From contig JAUVAV010000008.1 in the NCBI GenBank assembly GCA_030591525.1, positions 15,839 to 79,838 on the forward strand: a stretch of 64,000 nucleotides of DNA, in the 5' to 3' direction. A program made the position numbers and the translations under genes. Below the pieces are notes generated by a model. The model searched no databases. It saw only the letters and a program-made list of their open reading frames with translations, and was not told the origin of the DNA. Below are positions 8,633-18,735 of the stretch, piece by piece; position 1 is the stretch's first letter, and every line of letters starts with the position of its first letter. This DNA comes from a candidate division FCPU426 bacterium (GTDB lineage Bacteria; Oederibacteriota; JAAXVQ01; JAUVAV01).

Positions 8633-9939
8633 GGCCTGGAAAAAAAATCCCGGTTTATCTGATAATTGAAATCCCGTATATAGGTCTCCAGGTCCAAATC
8701 CTTATCCACAAAAATGGCCTGGAGCGGTCCGTTATTCAACGCATCTTTGACTAAAATCCATTGCTCCAAATGCGGCTCATTGCGGACATATTGCAGTTCT
8801 TCCTTAACCATGGCGAATTCCGGCATATTTATAAGGTTGGCAGAAGCTGAAAAAGCCCCTGGAAATATCGTCATTTTCAACTCATTCATCCGTACCCATT
8901 TCCAGAGCTGATTGGCCGGAGAGATCTCAAATTCTATGTATTTCCAGGCAGCGGCCTGGCGTTCAGGAGAAATGGCGGAATTAATAATATACACTTTCCC
9001 GCCGGCATGCGAAGCCCGCAGCCCTCCGGGGCCGGCCGGCAAGGGAGCGATTCCGGCGGCTTTAAAATCCAATCCATATTTGTTAATCAGAGTGGGAAGT
9101 TGATTGGCCACCCCCATCATCATGGCCACGCGCCCCAGCGCGAACATCTGTGAAACGTCCTCATGGCTGGTTAAATCACTCGGCGGCAATACTCCGTACT
9201 TCAATTTCAAGTCCCGTAAAAACTCCAGCGTCTCGATCACCGGGGTGGTATCCAGAGTGGCCCGCCACCCGCCATGCGGAATACGCGCCACCAATTCTCC
9301 GCCGTTCTGCCAAACAAAATCCATAAAATTCCAGGTGCGGGACGGCCAGCCGAAACCGTATTGTCCCTTTTCGGGAAGCGTAAGGATTTCCGCGTATCGC
9401 ACCAATTCCTTCCAGTTGCGGGGCGGCCGTTCAGGATCCAGCCCGGCCCGGCGAAACAAGTCCTTACGGTAAAATAAAACCGTAAAATAAGTGTCCCGGG
9501 GTATCCCGTAAGTTTTCCCATCCACCCTGGCCGGCTGCCAGACCCTTTCGGGAATATAGTCCTTCTGATCCCAGTCCGTGATATATTCATCCAGAGGAGC
9601 AATAAAACCTTTGCGGGCCAATACGGGAAGAGTTCCCAGCCATATATGCATCACGTCCGGCCCTTTACCGCCGGCCATGGCGGTTATAAATTCCTGAGGT
9701 GAAAATTTACGTTCCAAACCCTTAATTTTAATGTCCGGAAATTCCTGTTCGAAACGCAGCAAGGTTTCCTTCCATAGTTTACGCGCTTTAACCTGCCGCG
9801 CGGAAGGTTTATTCCAGACCTCTAGAACCAGCCCTTCCCGGGGAAACTCGGTCACGAAATAGTAATTCTGTAACCAAACCGCTGCCATAAAAATGAATAA
9901 GCAGAACAGCCCTAAACTCCAGATTATCTTTTTAAGCAT
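8629..9939 (-). CDS. Extracellular solute-binding protein, family 1 (sugar ABC transporter substrate-binding protein)
   Basis: 436 aa. It has an N-terminal signal/anchor (MLKKIIWSLGLFCLFIFMAA) and family-1 SBP-like sequence. It is the first gene of the transporter operon. Confidence 0.8.
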   Translation of the reverse strand: MLKKIIWSLGLFCLFIFMAAVWLQNYYFVTEFPREGLVLEVWNKPSARQVKARKLWKETLLRFEQEFPDIKIKGLERKFSPQEFITAMAGGKGPDVMHIWLGTLPVLARKGFIAPLDEYITDWDQKDYIPERVWQPARVDGKTYGIPRDTYFTVLFYRKDLFRRAGLDPERPPRNWKELVRYAEILTLPEKGQYGFGWPSRTWNFMDFVWQNGGELVARIPHGGWRATLDTTPVIETLEFLRDLKLKYGVLPPSDLTSHEDVSQMFALGRVAMMMGVANQLPTLINKYGLDFKAAGIAPLPAGPGGLRASHAGGKVYIINSAISPERQAAAWKYIEFEISPANQLWKWVRMNELKMTIFPGAFSASANLINMPEFAMVKEELQYVRNEPHLEQWILVKDALNNGPLQAIFVDKDLDLETYIRDFNYQINRDFFSRP

Positions 9940-9990
9940 TCATAACCTTTCAACTTCATATTCATAAAAATCCGTGAAATTTATTCTATC

Positions 9991-10164
9991 CAGGAGCCTG
10001 AGCAATTAGTCCAGAATTCAAGTATTCCCCTCCCTTTTTGACGGGAGGGGACAAAGGGGAGGGTGATAAAAGTCTTTAAAAACGCACCCTCACCTAACCT
10101 CTCCCCTCAAGGGAGAGGAATTATTTATATTATATTAAAACCGACTAATTGCTCAAACTCCTAG
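9991..10164. repeat. Family C element with the same terminal inverted repeats (CAGGAGCCTGAGCAATTAGTC ... GACTAATTGCTCAAACTCCTAG) but a different 130-bp core
   Basis: The termini are shared with the other family C copies. The core contains its own inverted repeats (tcccctccc...gggagggg). The 3' sub-motif (gagaggaattatttatat...aaaccgactaa) recurs at 5557-5600. Confidence 0.75.
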
Positions 10165-10424
10165 TGCCGGGGCTTTTTACCCACGTGCCTGATTGCTTTG
10201 GTAAGCGCTACGACTACATCGGCATTAAATTGCTGTGCCATTTCCGCCACCCGGGTATAGGTGTGCCCCTTGTCCGTTACAACATACTTGGCCGGCAGAT
10301 GATTCAAGGCATAGGCTACTATATCCAGGCGGCAACGGCTGCACTTGCAGATACAATTTGTTTTATCCAATAATTCATCCAAAACATTTTGAACCGCGGT
10401 CTCCATATAATTCTTTAATTTCAT
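10161..10424 (-). CDS. comFB: ComFB-like late competence protein family (four-Cys motif)
   Basis: 87 aa. The pattern VxNVLDELL...CxCxxCxxDIxAxALNxLPxxY (CICKCSRCRLDIVAYALNHLPAKY) is characteristic of the ComFB family. Confidence 0.55.
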   Translation of the reverse strand: MKLKNYMETAVQNVLDELLDKTNCICKCSRCRLDIVAYALNHLPAKYVVTDKGHTYTRVAEMAQQFNADVVVALTKAIRHVGKKPRH

Positions 10425-10747
10425 GCTTCCTCCGTCCCCCGGTTTTTTACCATCCCTTAATACATCCCCGCGAATTCCCCGGGAAAATATACGCCTTGCT
10501 CCCTAATCATAGCGGAAATACTTTTCCGGGCCGTATTATATCATATAACTTTATTTTTTTTATAAAAAACATCTTTCCATTTATTTTTTTATCCCTCAAA
10601 TTTTCGCAATAAATTGACTAAAATTCTCTGATTAAATGGAAGATGTGTATGTTTTTTGTAGGGGGCAGGCCCCCTTGTCCTGCCTGTCCTGAGCGTAGCC
10701 GAAGGGTGTGCCTGCGCTGTATTATGTTTTTCGTAGGGGGCCGGCAC

Positions 10748-11122
10748 CTATTCTTTCTTCAGAATTTCTAAAACCTGCTCGCTCAGTTCGTAGGGATCGA
10801 AAGGCTTTATAATATAATCATCCGCACCGACTTTTAAACCCTGCATGGCATCTCCCCTCTGCCCTTTAGCCGTAAGCATAATCACTGGTATATGCCGGGT
10901 CGGGGTGTCGGCCTTGAGTCTTTGGCAGACTTCGAAACCGTTGATATCCGGCATCATAATATCCAGGAGAATAAGATCCGGCTTGGTACCCTGGACCTTA
11001 TCCAGAGCTTCCTGTCCGGAAAAAGCTTCGATAACCTCGAAATTCGCCAGCTCCAACGAAATTTTTACCAGTTTAACAATATCCGGTTCATCATCCACTA
11101 TCATAACTTTGTGTTTTTTCAT
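10748..11122 (-). CDS. Single-domain response regulator (CheY-like receiver)
   Basis: It has the DD...D...T...K receiver signature: VMIVDDEPDIV, LILLDIMMPDINGFEV, MLTAKG, DDYIIKPF. Confidence 0.85.
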   Translation of the reverse strand: MKKHKVMIVDDEPDIVKLVKISLELANFEVIEAFSGQEALDKVQGTKPDLILLDIMMPDINGFEVCQRLKADTPTRHIPVIMLTAKGQRGDAMQGLKVGADDYIIKPFDPYELSEQVLEILKKE

Positions 11123-11132
11123 TTCAACCTCC

Positions 11133-11417
11133 TCAGTTCCTGATCCGGTAATTATGACCTCTACCGCCTAGCGGAACTTCACGTGTCGTGTTGTCCCATA
11201 TCGCCTTGATAATCCGGCCGGAAGATACTCGGGTATCCCGGGCAGGCTCAAAGCAGGGTGAAGCCTCTAAAATCAGATTTTTAATTTCTTCCTTCCCCTG
11301 ACAATATTCCCCGGAAATTTCTTCCAGCATTTTAAAGCGAAAAATGCCTTTGCGCAATAATAAAAGGTTGCGCACCTTATGTTTAGGCTTGCCCGGGGGA
11401 TGACCGGTTCCCGCCAA
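11133..11417 (-). CDS. Hypothetical protein upstream of and co-directional with the receiver gene (start uncertain)
   Basis: The ORF ends 11 nt before the response regulator start. No motif was recognised. Confidence 0.25.
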   Translation of the reverse strand: MAGTGHPPGKPKHKVRNLLLLRKGIFRFKMLEEISGEYCQGKEEIKNLILEASPCFEPARDTRVSSGRIIKAIWDNTTREVPLGGRGHNYRIRN

Positions 11418-11501
11418 GCGGCCCTCCTGGGCTGATTAATTCCGGTTGTGGAAACGACAAATTCAAGCAACCTGAGCCAACCGCCAGGTTTTGAAGTGTC
11501 C

Positions 11502-11636
11502 GTCATTCCGGCATGGTTTTAGCCCTGGACTAAACTATCCCCTGGACTAATTCATCCCGGACAGGCAGGACAGGCCGGAATCCAGCGACTTTATAAGTAA
11601 AATCAGGCCTGGACCCCGGCTTTCGCCGGGGTGACG
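11502..11636. repeat. Family B element (GTCATTCCGGCATGGTTTTAGCCCTGGACTAAAC ... CCTGGACCCCGGCTTTCGCCGGGGTGACG)
   Basis: A near-identical copy lies at 41234-41343 and a shorter relative at 54511-54604. All begin with TGTCATTCCGGCATG and end with an inverted ...GGTGAC(G). Confidence 0.8.
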
Positions 11637-11805
11637 TAATGGGGATGCATTTGCCCGAAATTGCCTTTCCGCAATAGAAACTAATTAAGCTCCGAAAAAA
11701 CATTGCGCAAAATAACTGAATAACTGACCGGCTGTTTTTTTCTTTAAACTCTTCTATTTTTTAGTTTCGGATGAAAAATCAAGGAACTTGAGTCGCGGGG
11801 ATTCA

Positions 11806-12408
11806 CTATTTATAATAAAGGTTATGGCTGCGCAGATACCTGATTACCGGCTCCGGAACCAGGTAGCGTACCTCACGGCCGGTTCGGAGCAGTTTTCGGA
11901 TATTCGAAGCCGAGATGTCCAGCAGGCTGACCTGAAGAAAAATCGGTTCTTTACTCCATGACCGGAAGACCGGGGAGGCCGGTTTTCTTTTTACGGCTGA
12001 TATTTTCACTCCGGGACGCGAGATTACCACCAAACGGGCGTACTCGGAAATTTTATGCGGCTGGCGCCATTTATCCAGCTTGGCTATCTGGTCGATTCCC
12101 ACGATTAAAAATAATTCATTAAAAGGAGCTGAGCGGGCGAGTTCGGCCAGGGTATCCACGGTGTAGGATTTCCCGGCCCGCCGGATTTCCATATCCGAAA
12201 CCTCAAAAAGCGGATTATCCGCCACTGCCCGTTTGACCATGGCCAGACGGTGGGCCGCGGAAGCCTGGGGCGCACGGCGGTGCGGCGGACATCCGGCGGG
12301 AATAAACAGGACCCGGTCCAGTTCCAGTTTATCCGCCGCTTCCTGGGCGGCCCGTAAGTGACCTAGGTGAACGGGATCAAAAGTCCCGCCGAAGATTCCC
12401 ATGCGCAT
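11806..12408 (-). CDS. nadD: Nicotinate-nucleotide adenylyltransferase
   Basis: The (H/T)xGH motif is present (GIFGGTFDPVHLGHL). The start is chosen at MRMGIFGG. It follows proA as in the conserved obg-proB-proA-nadD arrangement. Confidence 0.85.
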   Translation of the reverse strand: MRMGIFGGTFDPVHLGHLRAAQEAADKLELDRVLFIPAGCPPHRRAPQASAAHRLAMVKRAVADNPLFEVSDMEIRRAGKSYTVDTLAELARSAPFNELFLIVGIDQIAKLDKWRQPHKISEYARLVVISRPGVKISAVKRKPASPVFRSWSKEPIFLQVSLLDISASNIRKLLRTGREVRYLVPEPVIRYLRSHNLYYK

Positions 12409-12424
12409 AGTTTCCGCCTTTACT

Positions 12425-13681
12425 CTATTCCCGTATCTGTCCCTGGCCGCGGACAATAAATTTCGTGGTTGTCAGTTCGCGAATCCCCATCGGTCCGCGG
12501 GCGTGCAGCTTTTGGGTGGAAATGCCGATCTCCGCTCCCAGGCCGAATTGCCCGCCATCCGTAAAACGCGTCGAGGCGTTTACCAGCACTGAGGAGGCGT
12601 CCACTTCGCGCAGCCAGCGTTCGGCATGCATATAATCCGAGGTAACTATCGCTTCCGAGTGTCCGCTTCCATACCGGTCGATATGTTCCATGGCCGCCGT
12701 CTGATCCTCTACCACGCGCACCGCTAAAATCAGGTCCAGGTATTCCGTTCTCCAATCATCCTCTTTGGCCGGTTGGGCGGCCGGATAAATTTCACGCGTA
12801 CGTTGGCATCCCCGCAGTTCCACTCCGGCCTCGTTAAAGCGGGATAGGAGGACCGGAAGAATCCGGGACGCAACCTCGGCATGCACCAGCAAAGTCTCAG
12901 CCGCATTGCACACCCCGGGACGCTGGAGCTTGGAATTAAGGGCGATTTTTTCCGCCATCGCCATGTCGACCGGCGAATCAATATAGACATGGCAATTGCC
13001 ATCGCCGTGGCGGATCACCGGAACCGTGGCCGTATGCGCCACCCACTGCAGGAATGATTTTCCGCCCCGCGGGATGACGCAGTCAATCAACCCTTCCAAA
13101 GTGATTAATTCGGTCACAGCCTGACGGTCAGTGGTCGCTACTACCTGAACCGCTTCGGCCGGTAGTCCGGCCGCCTGGACCGCTTCGGATACGCATTGCC
13201 CAATCGCCCGGCAGCTCCGGAGCGCTTCACTCCCGCCGCGCAGAATGACCGCATTCCCGGATTTAACGCAAAGCCCGGCGGCATCTGCCGTAACATTAGG
13301 CCGGGCCTCATAAACCATGCCCAGCACACCCAGGGGTACGCGCATTCGCCCCACGCGCAGGCCGTTAGGCCTTACCGTCTCCAACTCCACCTCGCCTATG
13401 GGATCCGGCAACCCCATCATCTCCCGCAGCCCTTTAACCATCTCTTGGATGCGCGTCTGGTTTAAGGTTAAGCGATCCAGCAAGGCGCCGGATATTCCCG
13501 CCTGCCGGGCAGCCGCCAGATCTTCCTCATTAGCCTTTAAAATTTCGGCCTGGCGGCGTTCAATAACTTGAGCCATATTCTGCAATGCCTGGTTTTTAGC
13601 CGCGGTTCCGGCGGCCGCCATTATTCTTGCCGCTTTTTTCGCTTTCCCGGCCATGGTTTGCAATTCTTCGCGAATGCTCAT
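12425..13681 (-). CDS. proA: Gamma-glutamyl phosphate reductase (glutamate-5-semialdehyde dehydrogenase)
   Basis: 418 aa of the aldehyde-dehydrogenase family with ProA-like sequence (NASTRFTDGGQFGLGAEIGIST). It lies in the proB-proA operon. Confidence 0.9.
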   Translation of the reverse strand: MSIREELQTMAGKAKKAARIMAAAGTAAKNQALQNMAQVIERRQAEILKANEEDLAAARQAGISGALLDRLTLNQTRIQEMVKGLREMMGLPDPIGEVELETVRPNGLRVGRMRVPLGVLGMVYEARPNVTADAAGLCVKSGNAVILRGGSEALRSCRAIGQCVSEAVQAAGLPAEAVQVVATTDRQAVTELITLEGLIDCVIPRGGKSFLQWVAHTATVPVIRHGDGNCHVYIDSPVDMAMAEKIALNSKLQRPGVCNAAETLLVHAEVASRILPVLLSRFNEAGVELRGCQRTREIYPAAQPAKEDDWRTEYLDLILAVRVVEDQTAAMEHIDRYGSGHSEAIVTSDYMHAERWLREVDASSVLVNASTRFTDGGQFGLGAEIGISTQKLHARGPMGIRELTTTKFIVRGQGQIRE

Positions 13682-13712
13682 GAATAACCTCCTACTCTAA
13701 TGTTGGCATGGT

Positions 13713-14840
13713 TTACTTCAGCAGCGCCAGGTCGTTGCGGTGAATTATTTCATCATTGCTCTTATATCCCAGAATACGTTCAATCTCCTGGGTCTTCACT
13801 CCGCACAGCCGCCCGATCTCGTCCGAGGCATAGTTTACCAGGCCGCGCGCAAATTCGCGGCCCGCCTGATCTTTCAGGCCCACGCAATCCCCCTGTTTAA
13901 ATTGTCCTTCCACGGATAAAATCCCTGAAGGCAGAAGGCTTCGGCCCTGTTTCTTAACAGCCGTGCCGGCGCCGGCATCCAGCAGCAGCACTCCCTTCTT
14001 GCGCAGGGCAAACGCAATCCAGCGTTTGCGCGCTCCCAGTTTATCGCCCTGGGGATAAAAAATAGTGCCGATCTCCCGGCCGGAAAGAATAAGCGGCAGA
14101 ACACGCTTCTGCCGGCCATTGGCTATCACCAATTCCTCTCCCATGCCGGTAACCATCTTGGCCGCTTGCAGCTTAGTCACCATGCCCCCGGTGCCTAAAT
14201 GATTGGTGGCAGCCGCAGCCATGCTCTCGATTTCCCGGGTGACCTTATCCACCTTGGAAATTAAAACAGCATCCGGATAATAACGTGGGTCCCGGGAATA
14301 TAAACCGTCTACGTTGGTCAGCACCACCAGGCAATCCGCTTCCGCCATATTGGTGATATGCGCAGACAGCACGTCATTATCGCCGAATTGTATCTCCTCC
14401 ACCGCGACTGTGTCATTCTCATTGAAAATGGGAATCGCACCTTGTTTTAAAATCGCTGACAAGGCGTTGCGGGCGTGGGAATACCGCTGTCGATTATGAA
14501 TATCTTCCGCGGTCAGAAGCACCTGGGCAATGATCAAGCCTTGACGCCCGAAAACCGCGGCATAAGCCTGCATTAAACGCGGCTGTCCGATGGCGGCCAG
14601 GGCCTGTTTAGCAGGAATCGTACGCGGACGTTCCTTGCTTTTCAAAACCGTCATGCCCGCGCCAATCGCGCCGGAGCTGACTAATATCACTTCCCGGCCC
14701 TGGCGGTGTAATTCCGCGATCTCCCGGGCCAATTTAGAAAGAAAAGCGGTATTCACTCCGCCGCTCTCCCGGCTCAGCAGTGCGCTGCCGATCTTAATGA
14801 CCAGGCGTTTAGCTTTTTTCAAAAGTTTCCTGCGATGCAT
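13713..14840 (-). CDS. proB: Glutamate 5-kinase with C-terminal PUA domain
   Basis: An amino-acid kinase fold is present (LVIKIGSALL...GDNDVLSA). The protein is 375 aa and lies in the operon. Confidence 0.9.
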   Translation of the reverse strand: MHRRKLLKKAKRLVIKIGSALLSRESGGVNTAFLSKLAREIAELHRQGREVILVSSGAIGAGMTVLKSKERPRTIPAKQALAAIGQPRLMQAYAAVFGRQGLIIAQVLLTAEDIHNRQRYSHARNALSAILKQGAIPIFNENDTVAVEEIQFGDNDVLSAHITNMAEADCLVVLTNVDGLYSRDPRYYPDAVLISKVDKVTREIESMAAAATNHLGTGGMVTKLQAAKMVTGMGEELVIANGRQKRVLPLILSGREIGTIFYPQGDKLGARKRWIAFALRKKGVLLLDAGAGTAVKKQGRSLLPSGILSVEGQFKQGDCVGLKDQAGREFARGLVNYASDEIGRLCGVKTQEIERILGYKSNDEIIHRNDLALLK

Positions 14841-14911
14841 GTTTTTCTCCGAATATAATTTCAGCCGATTTTTTCCGCACGTAAATATTTAGTGCTGTTT
14901 TTCCCACGCGT

Positions 14912-14940
14912 TGTAGGGGCGACGCATGCGTCGCCCCTAC
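14912..14940. repeat. Family D palindrome TGTAGGGGCGACGCATGCGTCGCCCCTAC between obg and proB
   Basis: Perfect inverted repeat read directly from the sequence. Confidence 0.6.
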
Positions 14941-14981
14941 CGGTGATACAATAACCCACGGCCAATCTTTTACGCATTATA

Positions 14982-16268
14982 TTACATATCTTCCCTATAA
15001 TAAAATTCTTCTTTACCCACCTTTACCGTATCTCCGGAAACCGCTCCCTGTTCCTTAAATGCCGCAGTTATTCCCAGACGGTAAAAAATATTTTTAAGCT
15101 TAGCTACTGCTTCTTCATTATTAAAATCCGTCATGGCGACCCATTTTTCCGCTTCACGCCCCTTAAGCCGCCAGCATCCCGAACCCATGGATTCCAGGAT
15201 AAACCGGGGTTGGGGTCCGGTCCGCGGTTCAACCGCCCGTGGAAAAAACGGAGCTTCAGTTGGAAGCGATTTGAGCAGGGTATAAGCCCGGCGGGCCAAA
15301 TCCAGAACACCTTGGCGCGCCGCCGCCGAGATAACAAAAACTTCGCGCCCGCCTTTTTTAAACCGGCGCACCAGCGCGTCAAGCTCCCCCGGCTTAATAA
15401 CCAGGTCGGCTTTATTCAGGGCAATTATCTGGGGACGTTTGGCTAAATCCGGGTGGTAACGCTCCAGTTCCAGATTTATGGTCTTAAAAGCCTGCAGCGG
15501 CTTTACTTCCGGGAATCCGATGTCCACCAGGTGGATAAGTAATCTAGTGCGTTCCACATGCCGAAGAAACTCATGACCCAATCCCTGACCCTGGGAAGCC
15601 TTCTCTATCAGGCCCGGAATATCCACCATTAAAAAACCCGCTTCCCCTCCGATTTTTACCTGCCCGAGATGCGGGGTCAGGGTCGTGAAGGGGTAAGCCG
15701 CAATTTTCGGCCGGGCCGCAGAAAGGGAGGATAAAAGCGTGGATTTCCCGGAATTGGGAAGGCCGATTAGTCCTACATCAGCCAGCAATTTTAATTCCAG
15801 TATGAGTTCCCGTTCTTCCCCGGGCTCGCCTTTCTCCGCCAATTTCGGCGCGCGCCGCAGAGCAGTGGCAAAGTGTACATTCCCACGGCCGCCGCGTCCG
15901 CCCTTGGCTATTACCTCGCGCTGGCCGGGCCGTGTCAAATCCGCAACCAGTTCGCCTTCCCGCGTCAGCACCACTGTCCCTACCGGCACCTGGACTACCC
16001 GATCCTGTCCCTGTTTCCCGTATTTTTTCTTTCCCATACCCGGATTGCCCGGCTGCGCCTTATGCTCTCTGCGATAAGAAAAATCCAGCAGCGTGTTTAA
16101 TCCTTCCTCCGCAATAAAAATCACGCTTCCCCCATGCCCGCCATCTCCGCCGTCCGGCCCGCCCAAGGGAACATATTTTGCCCGGTAAAAATGCGAAGCG
16201 CCGTTTCCTCCGTCCCCAGCCTGCACACTAATTACAGCCCGGTCGATAAAATTTTTTTTTATACTCAT
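14982..16268 (-). CDS. obg: GTPase Obg/CgtA
   Basis: An N-terminal Obg fold glycine-rich region is present (GDGGNGASHF...GGPDGGDGGHGGSV). G1 to G4 motifs follow (GLPNSGKST, DIPGLIE, NKAD). Confidence 0.9.
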   Translation of the reverse strand: MSIKKNFIDRAVISVQAGDGGNGASHFYRAKYVPLGGPDGGDGGHGGSVIFIAEEGLNTLLDFSYRREHKAQPGNPGMGKKKYGKQGQDRVVQVPVGTVVLTREGELVADLTRPGQREVIAKGGRGGRGNVHFATALRRAPKLAEKGEPGEERELILELKLLADVGLIGLPNSGKSTLLSSLSAARPKIAAYPFTTLTPHLGQVKIGGEAGFLMVDIPGLIEKASQGQGLGHEFLRHVERTRLLIHLVDIGFPEVKPLQAFKTINLELERYHPDLAKRPQIIALNKADLVIKPGELDALVRRFKKGGREVFVISAAARQGVLDLARRAYTLLKSLPTEAPFFPRAVEPRTGPQPRFILESMGSGCWRLKGREAEKWVAMTDFNNEEAVAKLKNIFYRLGITAAFKEQGAVSGDTVKVGKEEFYYREDM

Positions 16269-16334
16269 AAAAAACTCCTAAAAATAAAAAGAGCCCCAAG
16301 GCTTTCCTCGGGGCTCCGGAAAATATTTCAGATC

Positions 16335-16700
16335 CTAGGTATTCTGGATCCCCTCGGCGGCTGATGCTTCCGCCGAAACGCCGGGAGATCCGGCCGGCGA
16401 CGAAAGGGTTTCAGGGGCCACGGATGCCATCTCGGGTTTGGGCGCTTCCCTGGTAATAACCGAAATAAAGCGCCGCCCTTTCTCCTGGCCCAGATATTGC
16501 ACTTCACCGCTTATCTTAGCGTACAAGGTATCGTCCTTGCCTTGGCCCACATTCATGCCGGGTTTAAACCTCATGCCCCGCTGGCGGACCAGAATACTGC
16601 CGGCGCTTACTATTTGCCCGCTGAAGCGCTTGCATCCCAGTCTTTGGCCGGCTGAATCCCGGCCATTATGTGAAGAACCCTGTCCTTTTTTATGCGCCAT
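16335..16700 (-). CDS. rpmA: 50S ribosomal protein L27 with a ~35-aa low-complexity C-terminal extension
   Basis: The L27 signature is at the N-terminus ([22 protein letters not shown]). The C-terminal [16 protein letters not shown] tail lies beyond the conserved domain. Confidence 0.85.
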   Translation of the reverse strand: MAHKKGQGSSHNGRDSAGQRLGCKRFSGQIVSAGSILVRQRGMRFKPGMNVGQGKDDTLYAKISGEVQYLGQEKGRRFISVITREAPKPEMASVAPETLSSPAGSPGVSAEASAAEGIQNT

Positions 16701-16710
16701 GAAAAACCTC

Positions 16711-17028
16711 CTACTTTCCTGTTATTACATCGAGAATCTTGAGCTGGGTATAATACTGGCGATGCCCCCGCAGCGTGGCCGAATGCTTGCGGGGTTTATA
16801 TTTATAAATCATCACCTTGGCGGCCCGGGCCTGACGCACCACCTCGCCGATCACTTTGGCGCCCTCTACAACCGGGCGTCCAATCGTAACCTTCTCCCCG
16901 TCATGCAGGAGCAGGACCTTATCCAACTCAACCGTTTTACCGCGCTCGGTATCCAACCGCTCTACTTTAAGCAAAGCCCCTTTATCGGCCTTATACTGCT
17001 TTCCCCCGGTTTCAATTACTGCATACAT
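16711..17028 (-). CDS. rplU: 50S ribosomal protein L21
   Basis: The protein begins [13 protein letters not shown]. The start was trimmed from the longer ORF to this conserved N-terminus. Confidence 0.85.
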   Translation of the reverse strand: MYAVIETGGKQYKADKGALLKVERLDTERGKTVELDKVLLLHDGEKVTIGRPVVEGAKVIGEVVRQARAAKVMIYKYKPRKHSATLRGHRQYYTQLKILDVITGK

Positions 17029-17261
17029 AATTAATCTCCTCAAAACCCGGACAGGTCATCCGGAATTATCCTGATCCATCCTGTGGGCAACTATTTTTAC
17101 TCTTCCAAAAAGAGAAAAGGTAATATACTTTAAATACCATAGTTAGTCAAGACCTGAAAACTTCTTTTTTTATATCCGGCCGGTTATTCCCAAAGCTTTT
17201 CCGCCGCTACCTTGCGTTCGATTTCATTTAAATGACCGGCGGTCATCCGTCTATCAAACAT

Positions 17262-17717
17262 CTAAGGCCCTTCAATCATCAGTTGCAGTTCCAGGGCCTC
17301 CCGGGAATCCGGTCTTACTTTTAGCACGGAATTAATGTGAGTCCGGGCTTTTGCTTTATTGTTAATCGCTGCCTGCGCCTTGGCCATTTCTATTAATGAA
17401 TCCGGATTCTTGATTTCTCGGCGTTCCAGCTTTGAAAGTTTTTCAGCCAGCGCGGCACGAGCTTCAACGTTGTTTGGATTGCCTTTGACCTCATCAGTAA
17501 GTTTTTCAATGTTAAGCATGCCATTAGCTATTTTAACTTCTTGTATGCTGGGGTAGCCTATCATTATAATGGGAATAATAAAAAAAGGTAAGAGATTTTT
17601 AATCGCTTGCTTTTTGATGACTGAGTAGACAAGCACAAATAAAAGCACTATAAAAAACAAGACCCCTAAAACCAGAAGAACTATCTCATAAAAGTGGAGC
17701 CCATCAAAAAGATTCAT
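17262..17717 (-). CDS. Hypothetical membrane protein (two N-terminal TM helices plus a helical C-terminal domain)
   Basis: Hydrophobic segments (IVLLVLGVLFFIVLLFVLVY, LLPFFIIPIIMIGY) are followed by an Ala/Lys-rich helical tail. No family was recognised. Confidence 0.45.
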   Translation of the reverse strand: MNLFDGLHFYEIVLLVLGVLFFIVLLFVLVYSVIKKQAIKNLLPFFIIPIIMIGYPSIQEVKIANGMLNIEKLTDEVKGNPNNVEARAALAEKLSKLERREIKNPDSLIEMAKAQAAINNKAKARTHINSVLKVRPDSREALELQLMIEGP

Positions 17718-17976
17718 CTCCGCCGCCTTTCATTAAGGAATTATTTTCCGGGAAAAGTGTAACAACCTTCGGAGTAATACGTCAATGGCTAAAATACGGA
17801 TAGTAATCAGTTGCCAATTTCGCAGAAATCTCATACCGGTATCCACCTGGTTACTCAGAAAACAAAAAATTAAGACTTGACTAATTCAACCGTGAAGCAT
17901 AAAAAAATTACACTTTTTAATCTTCCCGGTGTCTGATTAACTAGTTAGTTCCTGTTGCGGAAAAAAGGAGATCATC

Positions 17977-18672
17977 ATGCTGCTTAAAATATACCTGCCA
18001 TTACTGATAGCATTCTTCAGCTTTTCCGCCCCGGCGTGGGCTCTGACCGGCAACGCCTCCGGGTTCCCCCTTTTCGCGCTTTTTACTCTGGGCGGACCCT
18101 TTATGTGGATCCTGCTGGTTTTCGCCATTATCTCCCTGGCTTATATTCTGGAACGCTTCTGGCATTTCTCCCAGCATAAATTCAAGATCGAGAGAGACGT
18201 CGGCGATTTTATTGAAAACTTTAAAAACGGCGGAAGCAGCGAGCGGCTTGAGCCTTGGGCGGCAAAGCACCCTAAAAATGATTTGATGCAAATTTTGGCA
18301 TTTGCCAATTCCAAACGGCACGGAGGGAGTGAGAAAGTCGAGAAAATTATTGCAGCCAAACTAGGGGTTGTCATCTCCCGGCTGGAACGCGGGTTAAACG
18401 TGCTCTCCTCCATCGGAAGCCTGGCGCCGCTCACCGGCTTCCTGGGCACGGTTTCCGGCATGATCAACGCCTTTCGGACGATTGCCAATGCCGACCAGGT
18501 CAACGCGCGCATGGTGGCCGGTGGTATATTCGAGGCCCTGATCACAACCGCTTTTGGCCTGATCATCGCCATCATTACCATCTCAGCTTACAACTACTTT
18601 GTTCATAAGATCAGCAACTTTACAAAAACCTGCGAGGAACTGGCTAATGAGTTTCTGGAAAACCTCGATTAA
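17977..18672 (+). CDS. exbB: MotA/TolQ/ExbB proton-channel family protein
   Basis: The conserved TolQ/ExbB C-terminal helices are present (APLTGFLGTVSGMINAF...GIFEALITTAFGLIIAI). Confidence 0.85.
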   Translation: MLLKIYLPLLIAFFSFSAPAWALTGNASGFPLFALFTLGGPFMWILLVFAIISLAYILERFWHFSQHKFKIERDVGDFIENFKNGGSSERLEPWAAKHPKNDLMQILAFANSKRHGGSEKVEKIIAAKLGVVISRLERGLNVLSSIGSLAPLTGFLGTVSGMINAFRTIANADQVNARMVAGGIFEALITTAFGLIIAIITISAYNYFVHKISNFTKTCEELANEFLENLD

Positions 18673-18735
18673 TTGCAATAAACCAGCCGTTCGACATGGC
18701 CGGACCATAACCGCCGGCCCCGAGACGGCCCCATC

